Source: Piromyces finnis finn (lineage: Eukaryota > Fungi > Neocallimastigomycota). From it: a DNA stretch of 64,000 bases. The stretch is taken from the NCBI GenBank assembly GCA_002104945.1, contig MCFH01000057.1:62001-126000 (forward strand), read 5' to 3'. The notes beneath the pieces were generated by a model. That model was not told the DNA's origin and searched no databases. It worked only from the letters and a program-made list of their open reading frames with translations. A program made the translations under genes and the position numbers. The stretch's first letter is position 1; every line of letters starts with the position of its first letter. Shown in pieces: positions 12,455-25,421 of this stretch.

Positions 12455-13150
12455 TTATTTAAAAAATATCTCTTTTATTAATTTCATTTAGTTATTAACT
12501 AAATAATAGTCAATAACAATTACATTGTTTTAATCAAGAAATTTTAAATGTATTTATATTTTTTATAAATTATATTTTAATATACTATTCTATTTAATTA
12601 CACATATATTCAATATAAAATAAACAAAACTAATTTAATACTAATTTAATTAAATAATAAAATAATAAAACTAAACTAAAACTAATTAAATACTCTTTTT
12701 ATTCAATTTGAGTAAACTACAAATTAAATACAGTCCATGTATTACCTAAATATTAATTAAATATTAAGTTATTAAACTAATTTTAATTAAATAAAAACTT
12801 TTTAAGATTTAATTTGAATATTAAAAATATTTTAAAATATTTAAATTTAATTATCCATTAATTTAAATATTTATCCAAATTTCATTTCTAACTTTGATAT
12901 TTTAAAATTAATCTTTATTTAATTATTCCATAAAATTTATATAATAAATTTTACAAATAAATTTTTATAAAAATATCAAAATTATTATTCAATAATTATT
13001 AATTAATTATTAAATAATTTAAAGATATATTTTTATAATCTGTTTTTATATATAAAACCTTTTACACCAATATAATAACTAAATAAAATTAATAAAAGAG
13101 ATATTTTTTAAATAATTTATTTTTTTGTTTCTTTTTTGTATATTTTGTGT
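12455..13150. repeat. Rearranged C-family LTR pieces in both orientations
   Basis: 12455-13030 is colinear with 62865-63588; 13031-13066 and ~13073-13150 match its reverse complement. Confidence 0.65.
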
Positions 13151-13419
13151 TTAATTATCTTTATATATATTTTAACACTTGCTTTATAAATTCTCTTAAG
13201 TAATCTTTTTATAAATAATTATAAATTTTTATCTATTTAATTCTTATAAAATAAAAAAAAACATTCATAATAATAACAAATATAAAAATAATATAAAAAG
13301 ATTTAAATAAGAATATATTTAAAAAATTTTTTTATCATTTTAAGAATGTTTGATGCTATCAAATTACAGAGAGCTTTGCCTCTTCTTATAAACTATGGAT
13401 ATCTGATTTTAAAAGAATC

Positions 13420-14439
13420 ATGAATCTTCATGATATTGTGGAACCAAGGAGAATATTTACTTGGTCCAAGGAAGAAGATATTCAGGGAATGTTGGATACT
13501 TTAGTTAAAGATGATAATAATGGAATTTTAATATATCCAACTTTAAGTGAAATAAAAAAGGCTATTGTGGAACACCTAAAAATAACCGACTCAGACAAAT
13601 GTTCTATATTAAAAACATTAAGAATTAATAATGAAGAAACCATTAAAAAGTTTAATTTTAAATATAAGAAGTTATATGAAAACTTAAATGAAGATTATAA
13701 AAAATTAATTGTTGTTAAAGACTACACTAACTCAATTAATACTCGTGTTGTCCCGTGCTCAAGAGTTATGACAGCCCAATGCCAAACTTTGAAAGATGCA
13801 TTTAAAGTGGCTGAAATTGCCGAAGAAACTGAAAAAGAAATAATGAATGGAACTATGCAAGTAAATATGAATTCAGGTCATAATGTAATATTCACACAAT
13901 TCGCTATTAATAATTATAATAACCCATTATTGAATAATCCGATTTATGGAAACTTTCAAGTAGCCCAAACATATACTGGTGGTAATTCAATGAGTTATAA
14001 TCCAAATCCATATAATACTCCGAATCAAAACAGTTACGGTTATAATTATAAAAGATATGGAAATAATGGAAATTATGGAAATAATTATTGTTAAAAAAAT
14101 AATAATCTAATTCACAATACTAGATATGGACAATCTAATGTTATGATGGTTGGAAATAATTCATCATATAATAATTCAACTAATCCATATATTAATAATA
14201 ACGAAACAGGAAACTCAAACTTTAATAATAGAAATACCAATAAATTCAATAATTACCAAAATGGAAATAATCAATCTAATAATATCAACAATAATAATAA
14301 TTCTTTCTCTAGAGGAAACAAAGATATAACTTGCTTTAAGTGTAATCAATTAGGTCATAAGTCGCATAATTGCCCTTATAGTTATGAACAATTGTTTGAA
14401 ATGGAAAAGAAAGGAATGTTAAAGAAGCCTTTAAACTAA
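13420..14439 (+). pseudogene. gag: Gag with CCHC zinc knuckle, one in-frame stop at 14092
   Basis: ORFs 13420-14094 and 14143-14439 are in the same frame; CFKCNQLGHKSHNC. Confidence 0.85.
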
Positions 14440-14468
14440 TTAGTGGAAGAAGGACAACTTCCATTAAT
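14430..14468 (+). promoter_or_regulatory. Putative programmed -1 ribosomal frameshift signal
   Basis: T TTA AAC in gag frame immediately before the stop; 11-bp stem 14439-14449/14458-14468 with one GU; -1 frame is open into ORF 14523. Confidence 0.7.
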
Positions 14469-14586
14469 CAAACCAATTTAAATAATAATAAACAAAATAT
14501 AAATAATAATAATAATAACTTAATGACCCTTGTTAATAATAACAATTATAATAACGTTTGTAATAAAATAAACACTAATAGAAATT

Positions 14587-14632
<46 letters not shown>

Positions 14633-17600
14633 TAATAATAGTAATAGTAATGGTAATAATAACAATACTAACAATAACAATGATAATGATAATAATGATA
14701 ATAATTTCAATGTGGATGATTCTTTATTAAGTAATAATAAGGATGTGTACATACCAAAGGTGAATTCAATAAAGGATAAAATTTCTTATAATATAAATCA
14801 AGATAATGATGATCCTTCTAATTTAATGGTAGCTGTACGTAAAGGAAAAGAAAAAAATAAAAATAAAAATTTGCCTTATACTGATGCCACTCATAAACCA
14901 AAGTTAAAGGATAATCCAAAGCCAATTATAACAGATGCCATGTTACATAATAGTAAGTTACCTGAGTTGAAGTTTCCTAATATGAATGAAAATGAACAAG
15001 TAACTGGTAATTCTAATACTACCGATAATAATAACTTTAATAAAATAAATATCCAAAATGATAAAAATAATAAAAATGATGAAGATTTATACCTGAAAAT
15101 GACCCTACAGATGAAGAAATGTTGATGGAAGAAAACATGGGATCTATATCTGAATCATCGGAGTCGAATATACCAAATGAAAAGGATAAGAAAAAGAAAG
15201 ATGTTATTCCGAATAAGGATATAAAAATATTAAAGAATAATAAGAAAAAGAATAAAACAGAAAAATTAAATTACCTGGATCCATCTTTTATTACCGAAAA
15301 GAATATAAGTAATGCTAAGAAACAAAATAAAAGAGAAAAATTAAAAGAAATAAATGAGAAAATTAAGAATATAAATTCTTTACCTAAAGAACCAGAAAAA
15401 TCTACTGAACAAGATACATCTAAAGAGCGGCATATAAATCTTGTGGAAGACTTCGAAAAATATTATATTCAAGACTTAGTCAAAGAGGTAGCATCCACCG
15501 AGGTTATGACTAAATTAGCCTATCTTCTTGATCTATTCCCTAAGTATAGGACGGAATTTTTAAAAGCGCTTAAACTAACTCCTAAAAAGACCATTACCAA
15601 TGTAATGACTGTAATTAGTAGAAACAAAATAATAAAAGTTCAAGGTAAAGTAGAAAATATTAATTGTGAAATCTTTCTGGACACTTGTGCTAGTGTGAAT
15701 ATAATTACACGCTCGGCTTTAAACAAATATAATATTAACAAACCTGCTATCTGCTATCGGAAGAATTTCTGAAACCATTTTTCAAGCCTATTCTAATTCA
15801 ACAATTGATACGGATATTTACGAGTTGGAAATATCTATCGGAAACAAAACTTTTACCGATTTCTTTAGGGTTATTGATAAGGATGATTTATTTGATATTT
15901 TTATTGGTGTTGATTCATTGAAAAGAAATAGATTTGATATAAATTTAGTGACTGATTCATTATTTTATATTGATAATAATAATAATTACCTTAAATTGGC
16001 TGATTTATTATATGATATTAAACCCACAGTAGTTACTCAGAATATGGGCCAACCTGTTGAAGATTCGAATCCTATTTTGCTAACTATGACTGTCAATAAT
16101 GATAACGATAAAGCAAACAATACTTTAGTTATGAAAAGGAATTATATTAATGAAATTATAAATACTATACCAAAAGAAAATAAAAGGTTAGTTCTTGATT
16201 TGTTTACAGAATTTGAAAATGTTATTGCTACCAGTACTGATGATTTAGGTCAATCCCTATTGCTACCTCATAAAATTGAATTGAAGCCGGATGTACTTCC
16301 AATTAAACAGAGGGCTTATAGGTTATCAAAGTCTCAAACGGAAGCCTTGAAGAGTGAATTAACTAAGCTTATTAATAATAAGCTTATAGAACCGTCTAGT
16401 TCTACTTGGTCGTCGCCAGTGGTATTAGTTCCTAAGAAGAATAATAAATGGCGCATGTGTGTAGACTATCGCCGTTTAAATAATGTTACCATTAAAGATT
16501 CCTACGCGTTACCATTGATAGATGATATTTTTTATTTTATTAATAGAAATTCTAAAATACTTACTACATTGGATCTTTTTTCTGGATATCACCAAATCCC
16601 AATGCATCCGAATGATAGAGAAAAAACTGCGTTTACTACCATGTTTGGTAATTACAATTTTAAGGTGATGCCCTTTGGATTATGCAATGCCCCTGCTACA
16701 TTTCAAAGGGAAATGAACAGGATTTTTTTTGATTTAATTGGCACTTGCATGTTTATCTATATTGATGATCTTATTTTATTTTCTGAATCAATGGAATCCC
16801 ATGTTGAAGATTTATCCAAAGTATTTAAAATATTAAAAGATAACAATTTAAGAATTAATATTGAGAAGTGTTCATTTTTTAAAACTGAAGTAGAATTATT
16901 AGGTCATATACTTATCATAAATGGTATTTCTCCAATTCCTAGTAAAATTAGTGTGATTTCTAACTGGATACCACCAAAGAATGTAACTCAAGTTAAATCT
17001 TTCCTGGGAGCCATAGGTTACTATAGGAAATTTATTAAAAACTTTGCTCAAATAGCAAAACCTTTATTTAACCTTATGAAGAATGACGTTCTTTTTGTTT
17101 GGACTGAAGAATGTAATTCGGCATTTGAAGATCTTAAAGGTAGATTAATCTCGGCTCCTATTTTATCCACTCCGGATTATTCTAAGCCATTTATCATTAG
17201 AACCGATGCTTCCCGAGATGGTTTAGGTGGTGTCTTATTACAATGTATAGATGGTAAGACCGAAGTTCCAATTTATTTTGAAAGTAGATCTTTATCTTCT
17301 GCGGAAAATAATTACAGCATAACGGACTTAGAGGGTAAAGCCGTGTTTCATTGCGTGAAGAAATTCAAACCATTTATTACTGGAAATTCAATGGTTACCA
17401 CAGTCATCACGGACCATAAGCCTCTTGTTGGTATCTTCGGAAATAGGGAACCTACCAATAGTCGCCACCTCAAGTGGGTTATGGAACTGTCTATTCTTAA
17501 CATGGAAGTTCGATTTGAAGAGGGGAAGAGAAATGTTATTGCGGATGCTTTGTCTAGATTAAAGTCAAAGTCACAGTTGGAACATACAGAAGATAATGTG

Positions 17601-18792
17601 GATTGTAATGAAGTGGTTAATATTATATGCAATAATAATAGAAATAATAATCAAAATATTAATAATTTTATGGAGGAATATATCAATAAAAAAATAATTA
17701 ACATTGATGGTATTAAATATTACAAGCAAGGTGAAAATCTCAGGAAAATCATTGAGGATATAGAGTCCCAAGTTCTGTTGATAGAGAAGGCGCATAGTAT
17801 TGGTCACGAAGGTACTTTCAAAACCTATAACAGGTTAAAAAGAGATTATTATTAGAAGCATATGAAAGAAGATGTAATAAATTATATTAAATGTTGTTAC
17901 CGTTGTCAAACACGTCGACCACAAACATTAAATAAAAATTCAGAAGATATAGCTACTCCTCCTGGATATCCTTTTTCCAGAGTTGGTTTAGATTTGATCG
18001 GGCCTCTTCCTAGAACAAAAAATAATAATAAATATATAATTGTATTAGTAGACTATTTAACAAAGTGGGTAGAAGCTGAACCATTAACTTCTACAGAGTC
18101 GGAAGATGTAATAAATTTCTTAAAAAGGGTATTTGCTAGACATGGAGTTCCGGAAATTCTAGTGACGGATAATGGACCTCAATTTACTTCGGACAAAACA
18201 AAGGCTTTTTTGGATCTTCATGATGTTTACGTGCAATACATTACTACTTACCACCCAGCTTCTAACGGTGAGGTTGAAAATAGAAATAGAGAAATTGGGA
18301 AATATCTACGTCTATTAGGAGAAAATACGGACGACTGGGATGAAACACTTTATAGTGCTCTTTGGGCTTTAAGAACATGCAAGAATGAAGTTACTAAATA
18401 TAGTAGTTTTGAACTACTTTATGGTAGAAGAGACTTACAACCTTTTGAATTATCAATCAGATGAAGAATATTGGCTTCGCAAGTTTATCACACACAATAA
18501 ATGGATTCGTGAAGCCATAAATAATATAGAAACAGCGAATAAATTATGGGAAGATCGCCGCAAACAAATTAAAAGAATGAAAAGTAATTACAAACCTGGG
18601 GACTTAGTTTTAATAAAGTTATTCAATAGGAGAAAGTTAGATCCATACTTTACCGGACCATTACGTGTTGTTAAGAAAGAGTTGAATACGGTAACTGTAT
18701 GTGATCCTGTTACAGGTGAGATAGCAGAAAGAAACATTCACCTAAAGAATGGTATTCCTTATATCACCGAGATTAACTTAGACAATGAATAA
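14436..18792 (+). pseudogene. pol: Gypsy pol: Asn-rich spacer, protease, RT, RNase H, integrase; several frameshifts
   Basis: ORFs 14523-15125, 15119-15772, 15825-17855, 17862-18464, 18385-18792; FLDTCAS, YIDD, TDAS, SNGEVENRN; 7-nt duplication CTGCTAT near 15745 explains one shift. Confidence 0.95.
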
Positions 18793-19406
18793 ATGTTCAG
18801 GTGGAACTAATAAAATAATAATATATAAAAAAAAAAAAAAACATAATAATAATATATATAATATATATAATAACAATAATAATATAATAATAATAATTAA
18901 AAATAAGTTTATAAATATAAATGTAAATAAATGAGTATAGTAAATGAATAATAATAATAATAATAATACAATCTAAGTAGAACTTCAATATGAGTATATA
19001 AAAGGAGCATATTAATATACATACATAAAGTAGAAATAATGAGAATTAAATAGTACCAATAATATATATATAATTGATATATATAGAATAAAATATAATA
19101 TATAATATATATTATAAATCAAAATGAAATCATCAAATTTCCAATTAGAAAATATAAATGTAAATTGTGAAATCCATTTAGCAAAATTCTAATTAATAAT
19201 TATAATATTAATCATAATGATAATAATATATAATAGGAAATAGGAAAATAATAATGATAATAATACAAATAATATATAAATTAATAATTAATTATGTTTA
19301 TTCATTAAATAAGAAAAATATATGAAGACTAGATGAAATCATAATATCTAATTTCAACATTCTTTATATATAAAGTATATAAAAAAAAATAAGATTTTAA
19401 ACTTAC

Positions 19407-19443
<37 letters not shown>

Positions 19444-19606
19444 ATATAATATTTAATTCTTATAAAAAAAAAAAAATTAAATTTTCTTTCATTTTTTAGG
19501 ACATTATTTTATTACAACATCAATAATTATAGTCTAAGAAATATAATTTACTTTATAATGAATAAATTTTAAATAAATTTTAAGTCTAGACTAAGTGAGG
19601 GCGTTT

Positions 19607-20277
19607 TGATACGTTACCTCTATAAAAATAGGAAATTAGCATAAATTCTAGGAAAAAAATAATTTAGGTTAGAAAATAATAATAATACAATATTGTAGAA
19701 TAAATCATTAATGTACATTAATGTACATAGTTAATAATAGTAATAATTACAATATAATAATATAGCGGAGTTATAGGAAAGAGGATAAAAAAATAGTATA
19801 AAAAATAAGAGAAAAGGAATGATTTTGAGGAGAGAGTTAGTTTAAGAATTTTTTGGAAGAGAATTATTTAAAGGGTTTAAATAATTCTATCAGGTTATAT
19901 TATTTGTTATTAAATATAAATTATTCTTATTCTTTTAATTGTAAACCTTTTAACTTTTAATAAATAAAATTGAAAGAAAGAGACATATAATTTATATAAT
20001 ATCTTTGTTTTATCTTTAATCTTTATTTATAATTAATGTATTGAAATTGTTATTATTAACTTCTTTATTAGAATATATTATTTTAAATTTCCCTATTTGC
20101 TTTGTCCTAAAATAAATAAATTATTTTGTGGTACTTTATGAAAATATATTTATAATTAATGTATTGAAATTGTTATTATTAACTTCTTTATTAGAATATA
20201 TTATTTTAAATTTCCCTATTTGCTTTGTCCTAAAATAAATAAATTATTTTGTGGTACTTTATGAAAATATTGTATCA
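19607..20277 (+). repeat. 3' LTR of element M with a 123-bp tandem duplication
   Basis: TGATACG...TGTATCA; duplicated block about 20028-20270. Confidence 0.75.
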
Positions 20278-20278
20278 T

Positions 20279-20775
20279 TGTAAAAGGTGTTTTTTTATAT
20301 TATTAGTTAATAAGTTATTAATTAGTCAATTAAGTTAATTATTACCTCTCTATACGAGTTAATAACTAAATAAAGTTTTATAAAAAATAATAAAAGAAAG
20401 AAAATAAATATTATAACACAAAAGTAAATATAAGTATATATAAATATTATTATGAAATAAATTTACTTAAATAATTGTTTTTTAATTATATCTTTTATTT
20501 ATTTATTATAATTATAATACATTAATTATTATTATAGCTATTAATTTACTTTAATACTAACGCTAAAGTATTCAACGTTAGTTTTAACTATACTATTTAA
20601 CTATATTAGTTTATTTTCTTTACCACTTGATTGGGTAAAGCAAATAAACTTCCTATTTAATTAATAACCATTAATATATGGTTATGCATATATCTGGCCA
20701 ATAAATGGTGACCAGAATATATGGTTTCAATTGAAATATTTGTAGGCAAACTTATAGCCACAAATATTTCTTACA
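20279..20775 (-). repeat. 3' LTR, family D
   Basis: Reverse complement of 3760-4255; follows the purine tract. Confidence 0.93.
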
Positions 20776-20796
20776 ATGCCCCCCTAAGGAGAAAAC

Positions 20797-23700
20797 CTAG
20801 GCAGGGTTTTGGACAATAACCATGAATTCCTGGTAGCATTTATCTTGAAATTCCTTGAGTAGCTTATCATAGTGGGAGTTCTTGTCGATGATATCAGCAT
20901 CAACCCACTCTTGCCTAAAGTCACTAAAGGTAGCTAAATATTGGTAGTTATCCTTCTTTCTTCGGGCATTCATGATTTTGATGATTTTCTGGTAGCCCAC
21001 TGGTGCAGGTGTTAGTTCTTCAGGTTTGTTATGGTAGGGTTCAAGTTCACTGATATGAAACACTGGGTAGACGTTGGGGAAAGGTGACTTGCTGATATCC
21101 AACCGGTAGTTAAGCTTGCTCTCATCAATCCCAATAACCTTGAATGCTCCGTACTTCCTTGCTTGTAGCTTGTAGAAAGGGAGAGGGTTGTAATTTTCTG
21201 GTTTTCTTAACCACACCAAGTCCAATAGCCTAATTTTTGGATAGTTAAGTTCTCTTTTACTATCTAAGTGGTCCAAGAACCGTGTTCTTGATATATCCAG
21301 CATGTGCTTTAAGTTACCTAAGTTGCGGGCAAAGCTATCTAATACAGGAGCTTCACCAAGTGAGTGAACAAGCTCTGAGTCTTGAGGGTTCATATGTACC
21401 TGGTAGTTATACAAGGCTAAGAATGGTGACTGCTTGGTAGAACTGTGTACTGCATTATAATAGCAGAACTCAGCCAAGTACAAGTACTTCAACCATTCAT
21501 CATCATCAAAGGTTTTCACAAAGCATCTAAGGTACATACTTACGTAGGAGTTGTTACGTTCTACCTGACCAACCGTTTCGTGATGGCTAGTGGTAGCAAG
21601 GTTTACTTCTACACCAAAGAACCTCATAATGTCCTTCCACAACTTACTAGTGAACTGGACACCACGATCCGTAGTAACCGATTTAGGACAACCATGCAAC
21701 TTGAATACATGTTGTAAGTACGCTAATGCTGTTTCTTTGGCAGTAGGCATACTCCTAAATCCTACTAAGTGTATCATCTTGGTTAACTTATCACTGCAAA
21801 CCATGATACAACCCCTTCTAGTGACTTCCGGTGGTTCTGAAGGATCACTATCTGCTTTTTGTAAAAGTATAAAATTTAAAACAGATTTTATACTTAAAAC
21901 AAAACAATTATTATTAACACAAAAATAAAAAATAAAACATTAAATTTTTATTTTTAAAAAAAACATTTTTATTTAAACTCTTAAAAATATTATTAACTAT
22001 ATAATAGTTAATAATTAAAAAATTGAAAATAACAATTACATCGATTTAATAAACAAAAATTACATGTATTTATATTTTTTCATAATTATATTCTAATATA
22101 TTATTCTATTTAAATAAACATATATTTAATATAAAATAAATAAAACTAATTTAATTAAATAATAAAATAACAGAACTAAACTAAACTAATTCATTACACT
22201 TTTAATTCAATTTGAGTAAACTCAAAATTGAATAAAGCCCATGTATTTTCTATAAATTAATTTAATATTATCAATACTATTCTTAATATATTTCCTATTG
22301 AAATATAAATAAATCTATTTTTAAAACTAAGTTAAAATTATTAAACTATTCTAAATTTAAATAAAAAAGTATAATCTATTCTAAAATTAAATAAAAAGTA
22401 TTTAAAAAAATATTTTAATTATTTAAAATATTTGAAATATTTAAATTTATTTAAAATATTTGAAATATTTAAATTTATTTAAAATTCTTTTATTCCTTAA
22501 ACTTAAATATTTATCTTAATTTAAATTTAACGGAATTATTATAAAATAATTTATTATTAAATTATTCCATAAAATTTATTCAAAAATTTTATAATCAGTT
22601 TTACTAAATATTAATTTATTATTTAATAATTAATAATTAATTATTAAATAATCTAAAGATATATATTATATCTTTACACTTTTCTTCGTTCCCTGATAGG
22701 TAAATCCGTCAGGAAGTCAATTTCTACTTCTTGCCAAGGCAAATCTGCAACATTTACCCTAGCAACGCTACCGTACGGCTTGTGCTTATTGTCCTTTTGG
22801 GTACAACATATGGTGCAAGCTTTTATGTAACCCGCAACGTCATCCCTCATTTTTGGCCAGTAGTAGTTTCTGGCTATCAGGTCATAAGTTTTATCTTTTC
22901 CCAGATGACCTGCTGTTTCACTATCGTGGTTAAGTTTTATGATTGTTTCTCTTAATACCTTTGGTACGTATGTACGTTCTGGTGCATCCTTTCTAACAAT
23001 CAACCCATTAACCATCAACAACTTCTTTTTGATGAGCTTGTGGCCTCTCTTTGCATCAAGACCTTCTTTTATTTCCCTCGCAAGCTCATCCGTATTGTAA
23101 GCTTGTTTTAATTCCCCTACAAAGCTTACCTCTAACATCGCATAGAACTCTTCTTCCATGGGTGGAAATTCTTTGACCTGTTCAGGTCGAAGGAGGCTAG
23201 CTTTTTCCATCTCCAATTGTACCTGTTCTGGAGATACCATTCTTGATAGGATATCGGCTCTACCATTCATTTTCCCTGGCCGATATATTATCTCGAAGTT
23301 GTATGCAGCAAACAGCTCTTGCCATCTTGCCTGTCTTGCTGTCAACAACTGTGGTTTTGTGGCGAACAGGAGATTCCTGTGGTCACTATATACTAGGACC
23401 TTATGTTTCACACCCATTAACAGGTGTCGCCACTCAATGAAAGCATTCCTAATAGCCAACAACTCCTTTTCTGTGATGGAGTAGTTGATTTCTGCTTTCG
23501 TAAGCTTCTTGGAGTAGTAATACACAGGGTGTAGTTCGTTGTCATCACCGAGTTGTGACAATACACCACCAACTGCGTAATTACTAGCGTCACACTCCAC
23601 TATAAACTGACGGTCGTGGTCAGGATATGCTAATACTGGTGGAGCTAGTAGCATTTCTTTTAATTTTTCAAACGCCTGAATACGTTCTTCATTCCACAGG

Positions 23701-25421
23701 AACTGTACCTTTTTGGACGTCATAGCATATAACGGTCTTGCTATCTTAGAGAAGTCCTTTATAAACTTCCTATAATAGTTACAGAACCCAAGGAACGACT
23801 GTAGTTCTTTGATGTTGGTTGGTCGTGGCCAACTAGCTACAGCTTTTAACTTCTCTGGGTCAGTTTTAATACCATATTTTCCAACTACGTGACCCAGGAA
23901 TGCAAGTTCTTCTTTGTGGAACTCACACTTCGCTAACTTAGCTACTAGACGATTGTCTATTAGCTTTTGTAGGACTCTTTTTACATGCCCTTCATGCTCT
24001 TCAAGTGACTTGGAGTAGATGATGATATCATCCAAGTACACCTGACAGCAGTCATTGATTTCCTCTGCCAACACCGTATTGATGAACCCTTGGAACGTGG
24101 CAGGAGCATTAGTCAACCCGAATGGCATCACTAGATATTCGTAATGCCCAAACTTGGTTGAGAAGGCCGTCTTGTATTCGTCGCCTTCACGAATACGCAC
24201 GAGGTTATAGGCAGACTTCAAGTCCAACTTGGAGAAGATAGTCGCACCTTTCATAGCCTCAAAGACTTGACTGATAAGTGGTAAGGGGAAGGAGTTACGC
24301 ACTGTCACCTTGTTAAGACGCCTGTAGTCGGTACATAATCGCCTTTCACCACTCTTTTTGGGCACGAATAACACAGGATAACCTGCAGGACTCTCTGACT
24401 TTCTGATGAAGCCCTTTGCCAGGTTTTCATCTATATATTCCTTCAGTGCTTTTTCTTCTTCTGGATTGAAGGGATATATAGACCCTTTATGAAGACTAGC
24501 ATCCGGCTCCAGGTCGATCTTACAGTCGTAAGGACGATGTTCTGGTAGCTGGTTTGCTATTTCTTCATTAAATGCTTCTTTGAAATTGTGGTAGTACTTC
24601 TCCACAATTTCTTCAGGCGTAGATTGGTTTTTGTTTAAGTTTTCTTCCTGTACCAACCCTACGTAAATGTGATTTTTCTCTAAGTTGGATTCAAATGCCA
24701 ACCCTCCGGAATCACATTTTTTCTCTAAGTCAACACTCTGTACCAACCCTACTGAAACGGGATTTTTCTCTAAGTCGGAACTTTGTGTCAACCCTCCGGA
24801 AACGCGAATTTTCTCTAAGTTAGCACTTCGTACCAACCCTACTGAAATCACCGATTTCTCAAAGTTGGAACTCGATGCCAACCTTCCGGAACTTCCGTCC
24901 CTGGGTTTTCTTGCAGCCTTGTGGCTAAAATTACCCACGATTTCGGCTTCTATGTTTTCCGCAGTTACAGTTACCAGAGGCCTTCTTGCTTTTGCATTAG
25001 TAACTGTAGTTATTGGACTTAATTGAGTATAGTAGTAGATATCACCATCATTTATACCGTAACTGTTGGTATGTCCCTTTTCTTTATCATTATCCACTAC
25101 GAAGTACCTCACTTGTGCATCTTTATCATAACCTCTGTAGATAAAGTGCTCATCCATGAAGCCCAGTCCCACGATGATCATCTCCGGCATGTTGTCGGAC
25201 AGGTGACAACTTGTGTTGAAACAGTATGGTTTAGCTTCCTGTTCACCAGATGGAGTTAACCACAACTTCAATTGCAAGTCGTCTGAGAACTGTTTTAACT
25301 CGATATCTCCATTAACAGTTCTAAATATGGCTGGTTTATCCACTACCTTCAACCCGAGTTTCTTTGCTAAGTTTGGGTGAATGAGGTTTGTAGTGGAACC
25401 AGTATCATACAAGACTTCCAC
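20797..25421 (-). CDS. pol: Pol (PR LYDTGS, RT YLDD, RNase H, integrase, GPY/F, chromodomain-like C-terminus) interrupted only by solo LTR A
   Basis: ORFs 22674-25421 and 20797-21804 join in frame (IRERRKADSDPSEPP...) when A plus one TSD is removed. Confidence 0.93.
21860..22678 (-). mobile_element. Solo LTR, family A
   Basis: TGTAAAAG...TATCTTTACA; TSD CTTTT; copies at 38612 and 56222. Confidence 0.93.

Larger units (their letters stand above)
13420..20277 (+). mobile_element. Ty3/gypsy retrotransposon M (non-chromoviral), 5' LTR not found
   Basis: gag-PR-RT-RH-IN, long AT-rich 3' UTR, purine tract AGTGAGGG, LTR 19607-20277. Confidence 0.9.

Noticed and set aside
14523-15125. Asn-rich host protein
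   Set aside because: It is the -1 frame continuation between gag and protease of element M; (AAT)n low complexity.
21860-22678. MITE / DNA transposon interpretation of the AT-rich inserts
   Set aside because: TG...CA ends, uniform 5-bp TSDs, and families B and D demonstrably serve as LTRs of gypsy elements in this window.
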